A program made the translations under genes and the position numbers. From Paraspadella gotoi (taxonomy: Eukaryota > Animalia > Chaetognatha), in NCBI GenBank assembly GCA_051294375.1, contig JBJCIZ010000744.1:686264-750263 (forward strand): a stretch of 64,000 nt of DNA, read 5' to 3'. Each line of letters begins with the position of its first letter. Position 1 is the first letter of the stretch. Shown in pieces: positions 53,001 through 64,000 of this stretch. Below the pieces are notes generated by a model. It was not told the origin of the DNA. It ran no database searches and saw nothing but the letters and a program-made list of their open reading frames with translations.

Positions 53001-55093
53001 GGGAATTCTTAAATCGCGGATGCCGATTTTTTCCATCACTGGTCAGCATCTTGTATTTTCCTCATTGCGTCCCAGTTCCAGGGGGATAATTGAGATTCGC
53101 AATTTAAATTCAACCGAGGAATCTCCGTGAGAACCGTAGTTTAAAATCCACGACGGCGTGAACCGGCGCGGTAATTATGAAAAGTGCAACCACGAGAGCA
53201 AACAGTTTTGATATCATTTTGAATTTCGTTTGTGAATGAATCGGGAATGAATTTGTAGAATTTATCTCAGTATAAACCAGTAAGAAGACGCTAAGCGAGG
53301 GAAAAAGAAAATCTGAAATGTGGGAGACAAAAGAACGCGCCGATCTGTTAAAACAAAAGGAATAAGTTTTTTTAAGCCAACCTGACAACGTTAAGAACGA
53401 ATTGTTGATAAACTCTCCATCGCAACAATCTTTCCCGCATCCGAGGAATTGACCGCTCGAAATTGAAACGACGTATTGTTTTCACTTTTGTTAATAATAA
53501 CGGTGAATCTTTCAAGTTCGGGATGTGGTCGCTTCCCATAAGCCAGGTCCGATGCTCTTCCTCTTTAGGACCGAACCACGACCAAGTCGGCGCAAAAGAG
53601 GAGAGACAAATAAAGTCCACGGAGGCTCCAAACCAAATAGTTTTGATATCAGAAGCGTCAGAGAGTACAAAGTTTATTTTGTAAAGTAATAACAGTAAAA
53701 ACCACATAACTGTGAAAAGCCCATGATTCTAATTTCGATTGAAAACTATTTGGACGACTTGGGGAGCGAATCTAACTCGTATAGACGCCTGTTGTCGTAA
53801 TCAAAATCTTTTCAAACAAAAACAAAAGGTCTAGAGGATAGACACTAGACACAAGACAGACGAAGTAGGTTTATATCTTATTGAATGTAATTTCAAAGAG
53901 GCTCAGCTCCATCGCAGTTTACAATAGTGAATTGATATAATTCGATAAGAAAAGAATAGGTTTATTATTATTCATAAACAAATAAATATAAACCATTAGC
54001 TTTCTCTTACCTCAAAACGGCGACTAGATAAACCGTCGACGAATCTCCTTCGCACACTATATTTCCCCCGCATCCCCCAACGCAACATTGGAAATTTTCA
54101 AGAAATAAACTGATTGAACTTTTTCTAAAAAAAACCCGCGGATCATCCCAGTTTGGATGCTTCCCGTTAACCCTATGATGCGATATGTTCCGCTGCTCGG
54201 CTCTTTTAGCCAGGGAGGTGGACAACGACGAGGAACATTTCAGCTCGACGTTGGTCCCCATAATTACGCTTAGTTCAGATTCCTCGCATAAAAGTCACAA
54301 AGACAAAGGTGGAAATTAAAATTATTTGGCGAAACATCCTTGAGATAATAGTCAGAAAAAAATGCAAGCACTTTGCTAGGAGAAATTTTTGATCACCGAC
54401 TCAAGAATCAGACACATGGAGCCACCACACTTTGAAATCAACCATTAAAAAACAAAAAGACACGGGACTACCAACAACAAGTTATTCTTTTTTTGAAAAC
54501 GATTTCATAAGAACAAATTAAAATTCATCATTATTGAGAAAAAAATGAAAGAAAAAGAAAAAAAATAAAAATATAAAAAGAAAGACAGAAAGAAAAAAGT
54601 CAGTACCTAATTAAGTTAAGAACGATCTGATGCGAAAACATCTCCATCACAGACAATTTCCCGCATCAATTTGTTCAAATTTGAAAATGAACACGGAATA
54701 CTCATCGTTCTCCTTTTGAAAAACATAACGAGAATCCTTGAGATTGGATGCTATTAGTTCCCGAAGCAAGGGTTTTATGTTGGTCCTGTTTAGAGCCAAA
54801 CCACAAGCCAAGTCGGAGGAAACGCGAATGAGCAAGATATTTTTACTGAAGAGTTAACAAGTTTGTGATTACGGTTTGTTTTGAGGAAACCAAGCCCAAA
54901 CTGATGAAGAAAGGATTTATACATTTGCTCGAAAGAAAAATATTGCAGTTAATAAAAATCAGACAAATTGAAAAAGGATACGGATATGTTGCGACACCAA
55001 AACGGATAATAAAAAAATTAAAGTCAACAAATGCTCATTCGATCTTTATGCATGAATAACTAAACTGAAAAAACAGATTATACAATGATATAC
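50088..55093 (-). repeat. Indel-rich second copy of ~44903-49867 containing duplicates of V5-V12
   Basis: Colinear, near-identical sequence with dense 1-2 nt indels in both coding and non-coding parts. Confidence 0.85.
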
Positions 55094-57350
55094 GACACAA
55101 TGAAAAATGGCGTAACGTTACTGTTCCGTGCATAAAAAAATTCACTGTTTAATATTATTATATTTCTTTATGTTTTGAAACAGTTATAGTTATCATTATG
55201 TATGAATCCAAAATATCAATGCAAAATCTTTTTTGTTTTTTAATATGACTGAATATAGGGTGAAAGATGATAATTTTATTTTTAAAAAGTTTACTACTTC
55301 ATTCAATTTATTCATAGAATTGTAAATAGAAAAAATAAAAAAAAATAATAGTACTAATAGTTAGTGTTACCGTCTCAAATAGGAATGAAAAAAAAAACCA
55401 TCTCATTTAAAAATTCGATCGGGAACGATGGGGTAACTAAGGCTTACCAATGCATCCTCCAAGCCGATTGTTCTCTCAAATAATTTTTTTTATTTTATAC
55501 ATTTGAGGGAAAAAAAGAAAATTTGGAAATGCAGGTTGCAGAAAGGGTACAGATAATCTGGACTTATTGACATGATAACCATGACCTTTTATATCTTTGT
55601 GAAATGGGGCAGTAAAGAAATCTAAAAAATTTCCATCATTTAAGTCAGTCAATGAACCCTTCTAATGGGCTATTAGAGAAATATTTTTTCTTAATAAAAT
55701 GGATGATAAATAACATAGAATTAAATTCCTTGCTATATTAAAAAAAATTATCAATAACAATTTAAAACTCAATAAATGTTTGCTTTGTCAATATGTTACC
55801 CAGCTATATAAAATTTTTTTACAACTTATTATGATAAACAAGCAGTGTGTCAAGCTTTAGTTTGCAGTTAAAAGATAAATGAAAAATAACGATTTTTTTT
55901 CACAGACAAGAAGGTAGATGTGGCAGCCTGTTTATATCAAGCTGAAAAACATTTTTGTATTTATTAATTTTTAATATTTAAAAATACATTTTATCAAGCT
56001 ATAACATAAAATTTTTTTGCTTGTTTTTTACCTTAACCTTGAAAAATAATAAGCAATTTTATGGAAATAAAAAAAATTTAATAATAAACAAAATGTAATT
56101 CCGTTTTCCTTTTTCAAATTATAAAAGAAAAAGAAAAAAATAATATGCCTTCATTGAAATTTTTAAAAAGCAAAAAACTGTTATACTTTTAACTCCTGAT
56201 TTAAACAAAGCTGTGCAAAGATTTATGGATTTAATTTAAATAAAACCTTTTAGAAAGGTGTCACATGATAGGCTTTAATTTGATACGCACATCCACCTTG
56301 CTACCTCTTTTCTTTCAAAATTTATAAAAAAATAACTTTTTTTTAAATTACGCAGTACAAATCTTTGTTAATAAAAAATTTCGGCAAAGCGGGAGTATCT
56401 CACTATTTACTAATTGACAATACTTAAATTTCAAAAAATAAACTTGAAGAAAATTTTTTGTCAATTTGAGATATATCACTTTCAATGTACCCCATGTCTA
56501 TAATAATTTATTTATTTATTTCCCGCCAAAAAAGCCTAATTAAGAAAAGTTGAAATTTTTTTTCAAAAAATTGTGGGAAAAAAATATTTGTCCGACTTGC
56601 TCATTGAGAATAATGTTTTGCAAGAAAATCAAAATATCAAAAAATAAAAAAAAATCCGCCTCTGAAAAATCGAAAAGCTAGAGGCTGATTTTTTAGATTG
56701 CAAAATTTTTTCCTGACTCATACCATTATTCCAAAGTTTCAAATATTTTTTTCCAACAAACATTCAATCAATTTTTTTTTATTAATTTAAAATGTTTTAA
56801 TGATGTTGTTTTTGTTTGAAAGAATTAGAAAAAAAAGAGTGAAAAATAGTAATTATAATAAGTTTTTTGAAAATACCATTTAAAATATTAAATAATTAGA
56901 CCAAGGGGAGTAAGCAAGACTTCCCATTCATAAAGAAATTGAAATGAATTTGTCATATTGTTTATTTAAGATTAATTGACTAATTACAAACAAATGATTC
57001 ATATAAATTTAGGAAATGATGGGTAAAAAATATTCATCTGGGTCTCGGTTAACTATTAAGGTTAGTCGTTAAAGTTTTGTTTTAAAATAATATTAATATT
57101 TTTTGCATTTTATAAAGCAATGGTCCTAAAATTTTGTAAGCGTTTCGACTATAATTGCTTCCTTTTTTACTATTTTGATCTAGTTAGCTTTTTTGTTGAA
57201 TGGTCAAGGGTTATGGTCAGATACAGTAATGTCGCAGTAGTCTATATCCGCACATATTACCAAAAGTAATGATCAATTAATTTGGCTCAGAACAATTAAA
57301 GGGAGCAATATCAACACGAGACGTTACGGCCACGTTATTTTCATTGTGTC
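55094..57350. mobile_element. Non-autonomous DNA transposon (2257 bp), TIR GACACAATGAAAA.., 4-bp TSD ATAC
   Basis: gatATAC[GACACAATGAAAA...TTTTCATTGTGTC]ATACatacttt; the empty site gatATACatacttt is present in the other copy at ~49861; AT-rich, no long ORF. Confidence 0.88.
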
Positions 57351-57424
57351 ATACATACTTTGAAATTAATATATATGGCATAATTTTTCCTGAATCAAAT
57401 AATGCTTTAAAATTTTTTTAATGC

Positions 57425-58570
57425 TCCTTGTAATAGGCTGCCTCATCTCACTTAGAATTTTCGATGTTTCTTTGTCCAAAACCGCGGGAAAAGGATCTGG
57501 TTTCTTAGGCTTGTCGGCGCGTTGGAGGGCCTCCTGGCAGCGCGGGTGCCGCAATGGCGGCCGTCGACGTGCAGCGCGAGGAGTCAACCTCCTGCCTGTG
57601 AGTTGGCGGTGCCTCAGCCAATCGTCGTAATTCTTCCCCTGGCTCCCGTGAGTCTGAGACTCAAAATGGCGGAAAAAAGTGAAGACGTTTGATCTCGGAG
57701 GCGTCGTCTCGATCTCCTCGTCGCGATGCCTGGCGATGGAGAACGATATCCTCGCCTCGAGTTCTGCTGCGACGCGAAAGGAATGTGACTGAGATCGAGT
57801 GGTTGTTCCTGTGGTGGGCAACGGCATCGATAAAACTGCCGCGGCGTTTGCGGCGTCGCTTCCGGTGACGCTGCGGCGTCGAATCTGACTGTTTAAGGTT
57901 GCGTGGCGCCCTTGGTTAAAGCACGGCGCTTTGTTCTTAGTCGGGTGCACCAATAGTGGCGAATTCACGGTCAAACGTCCGCCACCTCTCTTTCAACGGC
58001 GCTGATGAGACCTCTAGCGGCGTTTGGAATCAAAGAGTTTATCTGAACAGTTTTTCCTGTTCTGTAAAATTGTCGCGGAACAAAGTTCTTATTTTGTTCA
58101 CAGCTTAAAAATCATTACCTTAATAAAATAATGCAAAGCATATAGATATTCGATATATAGGAATATCTATATGACTCAACAAGCATAAAGTAATAACAGT
58201 AATAATATTAATTGGTAACATTAACATGAAATAGCATTAATACTTAGGAAATAATCGTTTAAAAATCAATGTAGAAGAAGTTCTTTGTAAGAAAGACAAA
58301 GGAAATAAAAGTGATAGAATGAAAATTGTATACACTACTACTAGTGTTACCTAGTAAAAAACTATAAATGATTATAATGTTCTTTTGTTTCCACATGAAT
58401 ATACTATCATGTTATCCATAATTAGCACAATTGGAATATCTTATGGTAAGGCCTGAAGTGTGGAAACCACTAAATATAGTTCGTCACAACATTTCCGGGA
58501 TCGAATCCCCGAATGACTCTTTTTTATTTTAGTTGAGTTTGAAATTAAATAAGGCGGGATAGAATCCCAC
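57425..58570 (-). mobile_element. ~1.15-kb insertion with a GC-rich, possibly gag-like fragment
   Basis: Absent from the equivalent site at ~49937-49950. Contains most of ORF 57366-57974 (..FTFFRHFESQT..YDDWL..) and a PBS-like TGGTGCACCCGA; the retroelement identity is only a guess. Confidence 0.4.
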
Positions 58571-58576
58571 ACTTAA

Positions 58577-58951
58577 CTCAAAACAGAAACAATGTAAATG
58601 TCACGGGAGAGTCACTGCCACACGAACATACTTTCCAGGCGTCGCCATGTGTTATTTGCCGCAGATTTTAATTCCATAATTCGAACCATCGTTAGCAAAG
58701 AGAAAACGTGAATTTTTCCAGTTAGGATGTTTTTTGCCATTAGCACCAAATGATTTGGTAATCGTCTTTCCAAGGCCCCGCTCCTCTTGGACAAGGAGGT
58801 GGAAAGAGAAATGNNNNNNNNNNNNNNNNNNNNNNNNNCAAGTTAACTCGCCATCAGCGCCAAGGAAAAAATTAATATGCTTATCATCGGCAGCAGCAAA
58901 ATACGAGGCTATGCTGCACGAGATAAAAAAGATTGTGGGAAAAAGATTCAT
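58577..58951 (-). CDS. Variable exon V13 (gap and indels)
   Basis: MNLFPTIFFISC..FLGADGELT[gap]..GANGKKHPNWKNSRFLFANDGSNYGIKI..; the donor reads GAG|TTAAGT here but GAG|GTAAGT in the 49957 copy. Confidence 0.72.
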
Positions 58952-59238
58952 TTTAGTATGAAATATTTTTACAGAATAAGTTGGATAGGTTTTCCTTTCA
59001 GTCAACCATGAAGTAAATTTTAGAAACCGACTCCTAGAGACGCTTTGGGATTAAAAAAAAATAATTGCGGAAAACAAAAGGTAACAGAAAAATATCCGAA
59101 AAATAATTTACCTCTCACCCAAAAATATTTTTAAAAACTTGGGCATTGATAAATATTAAATAAGCATAAAAATCCATAATGCATTCTAATTCAGACCGAA
59201 GTGAAAAAAAATTTAAAAAAGATATCACATAAAATTAC

Positions 59239-59573
59239 CTGACAACATTAAGAATAGTAACTTCGTATTCATCGCCATCGCATACAAACTTTCCCGCGTC
59301 GCTTGACTTTACGTTTGTTATTTTTAAAAAGTACTCATTTTGATTTTTAGTGAAATCGTATCTTGGCTCGTTGAGGTTTGGGTGAGCTTTAACACCGGCG
59401 ATGGCCAAGGTTTTAGGACGACCCTCTTTTCTGCTATACCACATCCAAGGTGGCGGAAAAGAGGATTTACAAGATATCGCGATGTTTGTTCCCAACAAGG
59501 CGCTGAGATTAACCAAGCAACAGCAAGGACACAAGATAAAAATAAGGAAATAAGCGAAAATAATGATCTTCAT
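59239..59573 (-). CDS. Variable exon V14
   Basis: MKIIIFAYFLIF..ISCKSSFPPPWMW..HPNLNEPRYDF..DAGKFVC..NVV AG|GTAAT. Confidence 0.88.
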
Positions 59574-59869
59574 CTTGTAATAAGAAACGGAATTAATATT
59601 AAACAGAAAGACTAAAAAATGGACAAGTCGAAATATACAGCAAGACAGATGAAGACCACTAAGCCCGCCTGGCGTTGAAAAAGTCAATTTAGGATAAACA
59701 AAATGCTGATCAACTCAAAATTACTTGAAGAATAGCTTATAATCTAGAACTTATAATGAATGAATACATAAATTTAATGAGAAATTTGTAAACGAAGAGC
59801 GAATTAAAAAAAAACAACAACCCCTGGAAACCATAAAAAATAAGAAATAAATAAAAAGTGTCCGATTAC

Positions 59870-60204
59870 CTCACAACATTCAAGATTGAAGTGTCGTATG
59901 AATCGCCGATGCAAACAAAGGTACCAGAATCGGAGAGATGCACATTTGAAATTACGATGGAATAAAGGTTTTCCTTCTTAGTAAAAGCGTATCTGGGATT
60001 TTTATTGGTAGGGTGCACATCAGTACCAGCAACGGCCAGTATAAGGTTTTTTCGTTGTTTCGGCCCAGTCCACTGCCAAGTCGGAACTATCTTCGATCGA
60101 CAAGTTAAATTTACTCTCGATCCGGTTACAGAACTGATGACAGAACCTTCTGATTTAATGACAACCAGGCTGACAAGCAACAACGAAGTCAAAACGCTCT
60201 TCAT
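59870..60204 (-). CDS. Variable exon V15
   Basis: MKSVLTSLLLV..LTCRSKIVPTWQW..HPTNKNPRYAF..DSGTFVC..NVV AG|GTAAT. Confidence 0.88.
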
Positions 60205-60908
60205 ATTTAGTTTTGTAATCGTCACACTTAAATAGGGTGTGAAAAAGCCTGAATCATACAAATAGAGACACCTTATGGGCCAAAATGTACATTATAAAAC
60301 AAAAGACAGAATCGGAAGAAAAGACAAGATAGTTATGATTCGGTATACAAACAAACGGTTCATAACCTACCTTATAATAACGCATATTTATCGTTGAAAC
60401 TTCTAAAAACGATAGTAGTAAGCATATTGCTTAGAACTTATTCCTGAGAAATAAATACCTTACTACATTTAGCACGATCTGCAATATAGTAAATTTGAAA
60501 ATCACCTTTCCATCAACTTTTTATTTTACTTCAATTTAATGATTCCTTCCCATTATTCGATATTGTGGGTTATATAAGAAGTCTGGCTGTGGAAGACTTT
60601 AGTCTAAAATGTAAATAAAATGAATAAAGTTGAAAAGTGAAAACTTCAAGATTAAAAATATTAATATATGATGGTAAAAATCTATTGTCCGCCTCAATTC
60701 TATATTTTAGCTATTAATTATTTTGACGTTCAAAAATGTAAGAATTGTATTTTTTTTGCCAATTTACCACATGTAGATTTCTCTAGTGGTCTTCTTCTAT
60801 CATTCATATTGGTTGTACCATTTCATCAAAAAATTTTCATCTTTGTATAACGTCGTCTACTAGAACACGACTTCAGTTAGAAAAAAAATCGATAAATTAT
60901 TAATCAAA

Positions 60909-61241
60909 ATGAACTCTTATTTACTTTGCTCTTTTCTTTACAAATTTGTACCTTGTTGCCACCACAACAAACTGCTTTATTACTGGGTTCAAAATATGGA
61001 AATAACATGTGATTCTCTGTTCCCCTACTTGGAGCTGGGTGAGGAGGGAAAGAAATCAAACCGTAAAACTATATTGCTTTTCCGGAACGAATCCACATCC
61101 AAAATTGAATGAACCTCGCTATGAATTTTCGCGAAAACAGGATTCTTATCAATTAAAAGTTTCGGGGTGTAACTCCCTCGACCGCTGGGAGATTTCTGCC
61201 ATGGGGAAAATGATGAAACCTTTATTCTAAATGTTAGTCAG
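60909..61241 (+). CDS. Inverted variable exon Vi1 (frameshifted)
   Basis: MNSYLLC..EITCDSLFP.TWSW..SGTNPHPKLNEPRYEFSRKQDSYQLKVSG..; ends GTC AG|GTAGAG. Confidence 0.7.
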
Positions 61242-61534
61242 GTAGAGATTTATTTTATTAATAGTAGACGACCTGAAAAATTGATTACTCCTTCACAGTT
61301 AAAAATTATATCTGGATGATTAAACTTGTTTTGTCACTTATAGCTCATTTAAAAATTGTGGATCAATTTTTTTTTATTTTTTGACTTTTGTAAACCACCC
61401 TCAATCACTTTTGTTTTACTTCTTTGTTGAGCAAAAAGGTCGCGAAGATGTCTCTACTAGGTTTCTTCCCTGTCGCCTCAGAGATGTTTGATGTCCAGTC
61501 TTTCAGAAAAAGAAACGTTTCTACTAATAACAAA

Positions 61535-61869
61535 ATGGGTTTCATCTTTTTTTTTTCTTTTCCTTTCTGGTTTTTTGCCTTTTCTCTTCGCTAATGTAAA
61601 CATTTCAACTTTTTAATTGGATCAAACTGATAAACTGGAATGTACTTCTTCCATCCCTCCCACCATGGTCAAAGTCGGGTCACCACGAGTTGGAGACTAT
61701 CGTAAATAGGGGTCAATGGGAAAAAACATCGAAGTTCGACGATTCGCGTTACTCTTTCTCAATGATGGTTCTCGTTATATCATAGAAATTTCCAATGTTA
61801 AATTAACTGATGCTGGAAAATTCATTGTGAAGGAGATTCGGTATCAGCCTATTTTGTCACAGTAATGAG
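61535..61869 (+). CDS. Inverted variable exon Vi2 (frameshifted)
   Basis: MGFIFFF..LIGSTDKLECTSS.PPPWSK..DDSRYS..ISNVKLTDAGKF..VTVM AG|GTGAG; promoter motif ..AGATGTCTCTAC at 61446-61457 in matching orientation. Confidence 0.72.
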
Positions 61870-62067
61870 GTGAGAACCAACCTTAGCGTTCGTTAAAACC
61901 AAACTACGATGGGGTTGTCTTTTTTCTATGAGACATAAACTCTGAGAAACTGTTGGTGTCGCTATGAGTTTGATTCGGTGCTTGATTGGAATCTTTAAAA
62001 GGCGTTTTTCCATTGTTGGTAAATTTGAAAGAACTCGATAGAAATAAAATCTAAACCATTCGTGACA

Positions 62068-62388
62068 ATGAAACGGTTATTATCTTTTCTTATTTTTCAT
62101 TTGTTTTCTGTCTCTGTTTTCTCATCTTCCGAGCCTCTCGTGAAAACAGTTCTCATTGGTTCTCCGCCGAAATCTCCTCGTTTCCAAGTTTCCCCCAGTT
62201 GGTTGTGGATGGGGTCCGAAGCAGACAGCGTGCCACGACTTTAAGCTTACGCCGGCATTCAACGAACATCCAAATCATAAAGATCCACGATATGATTTTT
62301 TAAAAGACCGATGATCGATACAGCATAACCATTACGACACGTCAAGTCCTGACGCCGAAAATTTGGTTGTGACGGGACGCCTACAGCA
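62068..62388 (+). CDS. Inverted variable exon Vi3 (frameshifted, runs into a gap)
   Basis: MKRLLSFLIFHLF..VKTVLIGS..FPP.WLW..HPN.KDPRYDF..YSITI..VKS.DA..CDG. Confidence 0.62.
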
Positions 62389-62550
62389 NNNNNNNNNNNN
62401 NNNNNNNNNNNNNNNNNNNNNNNNNNNNNNNNNNNNNNNNNNNNNNNNNNNNNNNNNNNNNNNNNNNNNNNNNNNNNNNNNNNNNNNNNNNNNNNNNNNN
62501 NNNNNNNNNNNNNNNNNNNNNNNNNNNNNNNNNNNNNNNNNNNNNNNNNN

Positions 62551-62934
62551 CGCAGACAAACTTTCCGGCGTCTGAGAATTTGAGGGAAGAGAGAAGCAGA
62601 GAATAATTGGATCCGTTTTGAAGGAAAGAGAAACGAGGANNNNNNNNNNNNNNNNNNNNNNNNNNNNNNNNNNNNNNNNNNNNNNNNNNNNNNNNNNNNN
62701 NNNNNNNNNNNNNNNNNNNNNNNNNNNNNNNNNNNNNNNNNNNNNNNNNNNNNNNNNNNNNNNNNNNNNNNNNNNNNNNNNNNNNNNNNNNNNNNNNNNN
62801 NNNNNNNNNNNNNNNNNACTTTGGACTGGGACGAAGACCGTTCATGGTCAGCGTTTTATAATCGCTTCTTTTGTGACCGAACCACATCCAGGGTGGAGCA
62901 AAGGACGATTTGCAGGTTAAGGAGATTTTTTGTC
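62551..62934 (-). CDS. Variable exon V16, fragments between gaps
   Basis: QKISLTCKSSFAPPWMWFGHKRSDYKTLTMNGLRP[gap]PRFSFLQNGSNYSLLLSSLKFSDAGKFVC. Confidence 0.7.
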
Positions 62935-63319
62935 NNNNNNNNNNNNNNNNNNNNNNNNNNNNNNNNNNNNNNNNNNNNNNNNNNNNNNNNNNNNNNNNNN
63001 NNNNNNNNNNNNNNNNNNNNNNNNNNNNNNNNNNGATTCGCATTTAAATTCAACCGAGGATCCCGTGAGAACCGTAGTTTTAAAATCCACGACGGCGTGA
63101 ACCGCGCGGGTAATTATGAAAAGTGCAACCACGAGACAAAACAGTTTTGATATCATTTTGAATTTCGTTTGTGAATGAATCGGGAATGAATTTGTAGAAA
63201 TTTATCTCGAGTCTAACCAGTAGAGACGCTAAGCGGGGAAAAAGATACAATTGAAATGTGGGAGACAAAAGAACGCGCCTCTGTTTATAACAAAAAAGGA
63301 ATAAGTTTTTTAAGCCAAC

Positions 63320-63676
63320 CTGACAACGTTAAGAACGAATTGTTGATAAACTTCTCCATCGCAAACAATCTTTCCCGCATCCGAGGATTTGACGCTCGAA
63401 ATTGAAACGACGTATTTGTTTTCACTTTTGTTGAATATAAAACGGGAATCTTTCAAGTTCGGATGTGGTCGCGTTCCCATAGAGGCCAGCGTCCGATGCT
63501 CTCCCTCTTTAGGACCGAACCACGACCAAGTCGGCGCAAAGGAGGAGAGACAAATAAAGTCCACGGAGGCTCCAACCAAAATAGTTTTGGTATCAGAAGC
63601 GTCAGAGAGTACAAAGTTTATTTTGTAAAGTAATAAACCGAGTAAGAGAGACCACATAACCTGTGAAAAACGCCAT
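63320..63676 (-). CDS. Variable exon, third copy of V10 (63035-64000 repeats ~47850-48750)
   Basis: ..FICLSSFAPTWSWFGPK..HPNLKDSRFIF..DAGKIVC..LNVV AG|GTTGG. Confidence 0.8.
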
Positions 63677-64000
63677 GAATTTCTACATTTCCGATCGAGA
63701 AACTATTTGGAGACGAGGCTTGGTGGTGCGAACTCTAACACCTACGTATAGACGCCTGTTGTCGTATGCCGATCTTTTCAGACGGAAAACAAAATGAGTC
63801 TAGAGAGAATCACTAGACACACGAAGCAGACAGACACCAGCAATAGTTTTACTTCTTTATTGAGAATGTAATTTTAAAGTGGCTCCTGCTTCCAGCGCAG
63901 TGTACAATAGTGAATTGCATAATATTCCGATTCAAAGGCCCAGGATGTAAGAAAGCAAGCTAGGTTTAATTATTATTCATAAACAAATCAAAAATAAACC

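Noticed and set aside
43081-60261. V cassettes as independent secreted single-Ig genes
   Set aside because: The ORF stops fall in or just after GT donors (AG|GTAA) at an invariant position and phase matching the orphan acceptor at 42043. Not formally excluded without transcripts.
42500-63700. V(D)J-like somatic recombination (RSS) of the V exons; AAACAAAAG resembles the RSS nonamer
   Set aside because: No CACAGTG heptamer abuts the V exons, there are no J segments, the exons end in splice donors, and the motif also precedes the complete intronless genes, so it behaves as a promoter element.

Overview
Animal (eukaryotic, intron-containing) genomic DNA; the assembly is gappy and locally noisy beyond about 42 kb. 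The left part holds the 3' portion of a FAM135-family gene (to 4036) and an SLC16/MCT-like MFS transporter (9351-13996), both on +. From about 18 kb to 64 kb the minus strand carries an immunoglobulin-superfamily receptor locus built like the vertebrate clustered protocadherins. (i) About 19 distinct tandem ~0.6-kb 'variable' cassettes (42.5-63.7 kb, plus noisy duplicates) each consist of a conserved upstream CTCF-like motif and one exon encoding a signal peptide and a small V-type Ig domain; wherever the exon end is readable it is a phase-2 AG|GT donor. (ii) One 13-exon 'constant' region (42043-38009) starts with a matching phase-2 acceptor and encodes three further Ig-like domains, a TM helix and a cytoplasmic tail with an EF-hand. 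(iii) Eight downstream tandem, essentially intronless full-length paralogues (37516-18066) look like fossilised V+C transcripts, and most carry the same promoter motif. Three introns found only in single paralogues have terminal inverted repeats (introner-like). All gene models were assembled by eye from splice sites and reading frames; no database search was run.
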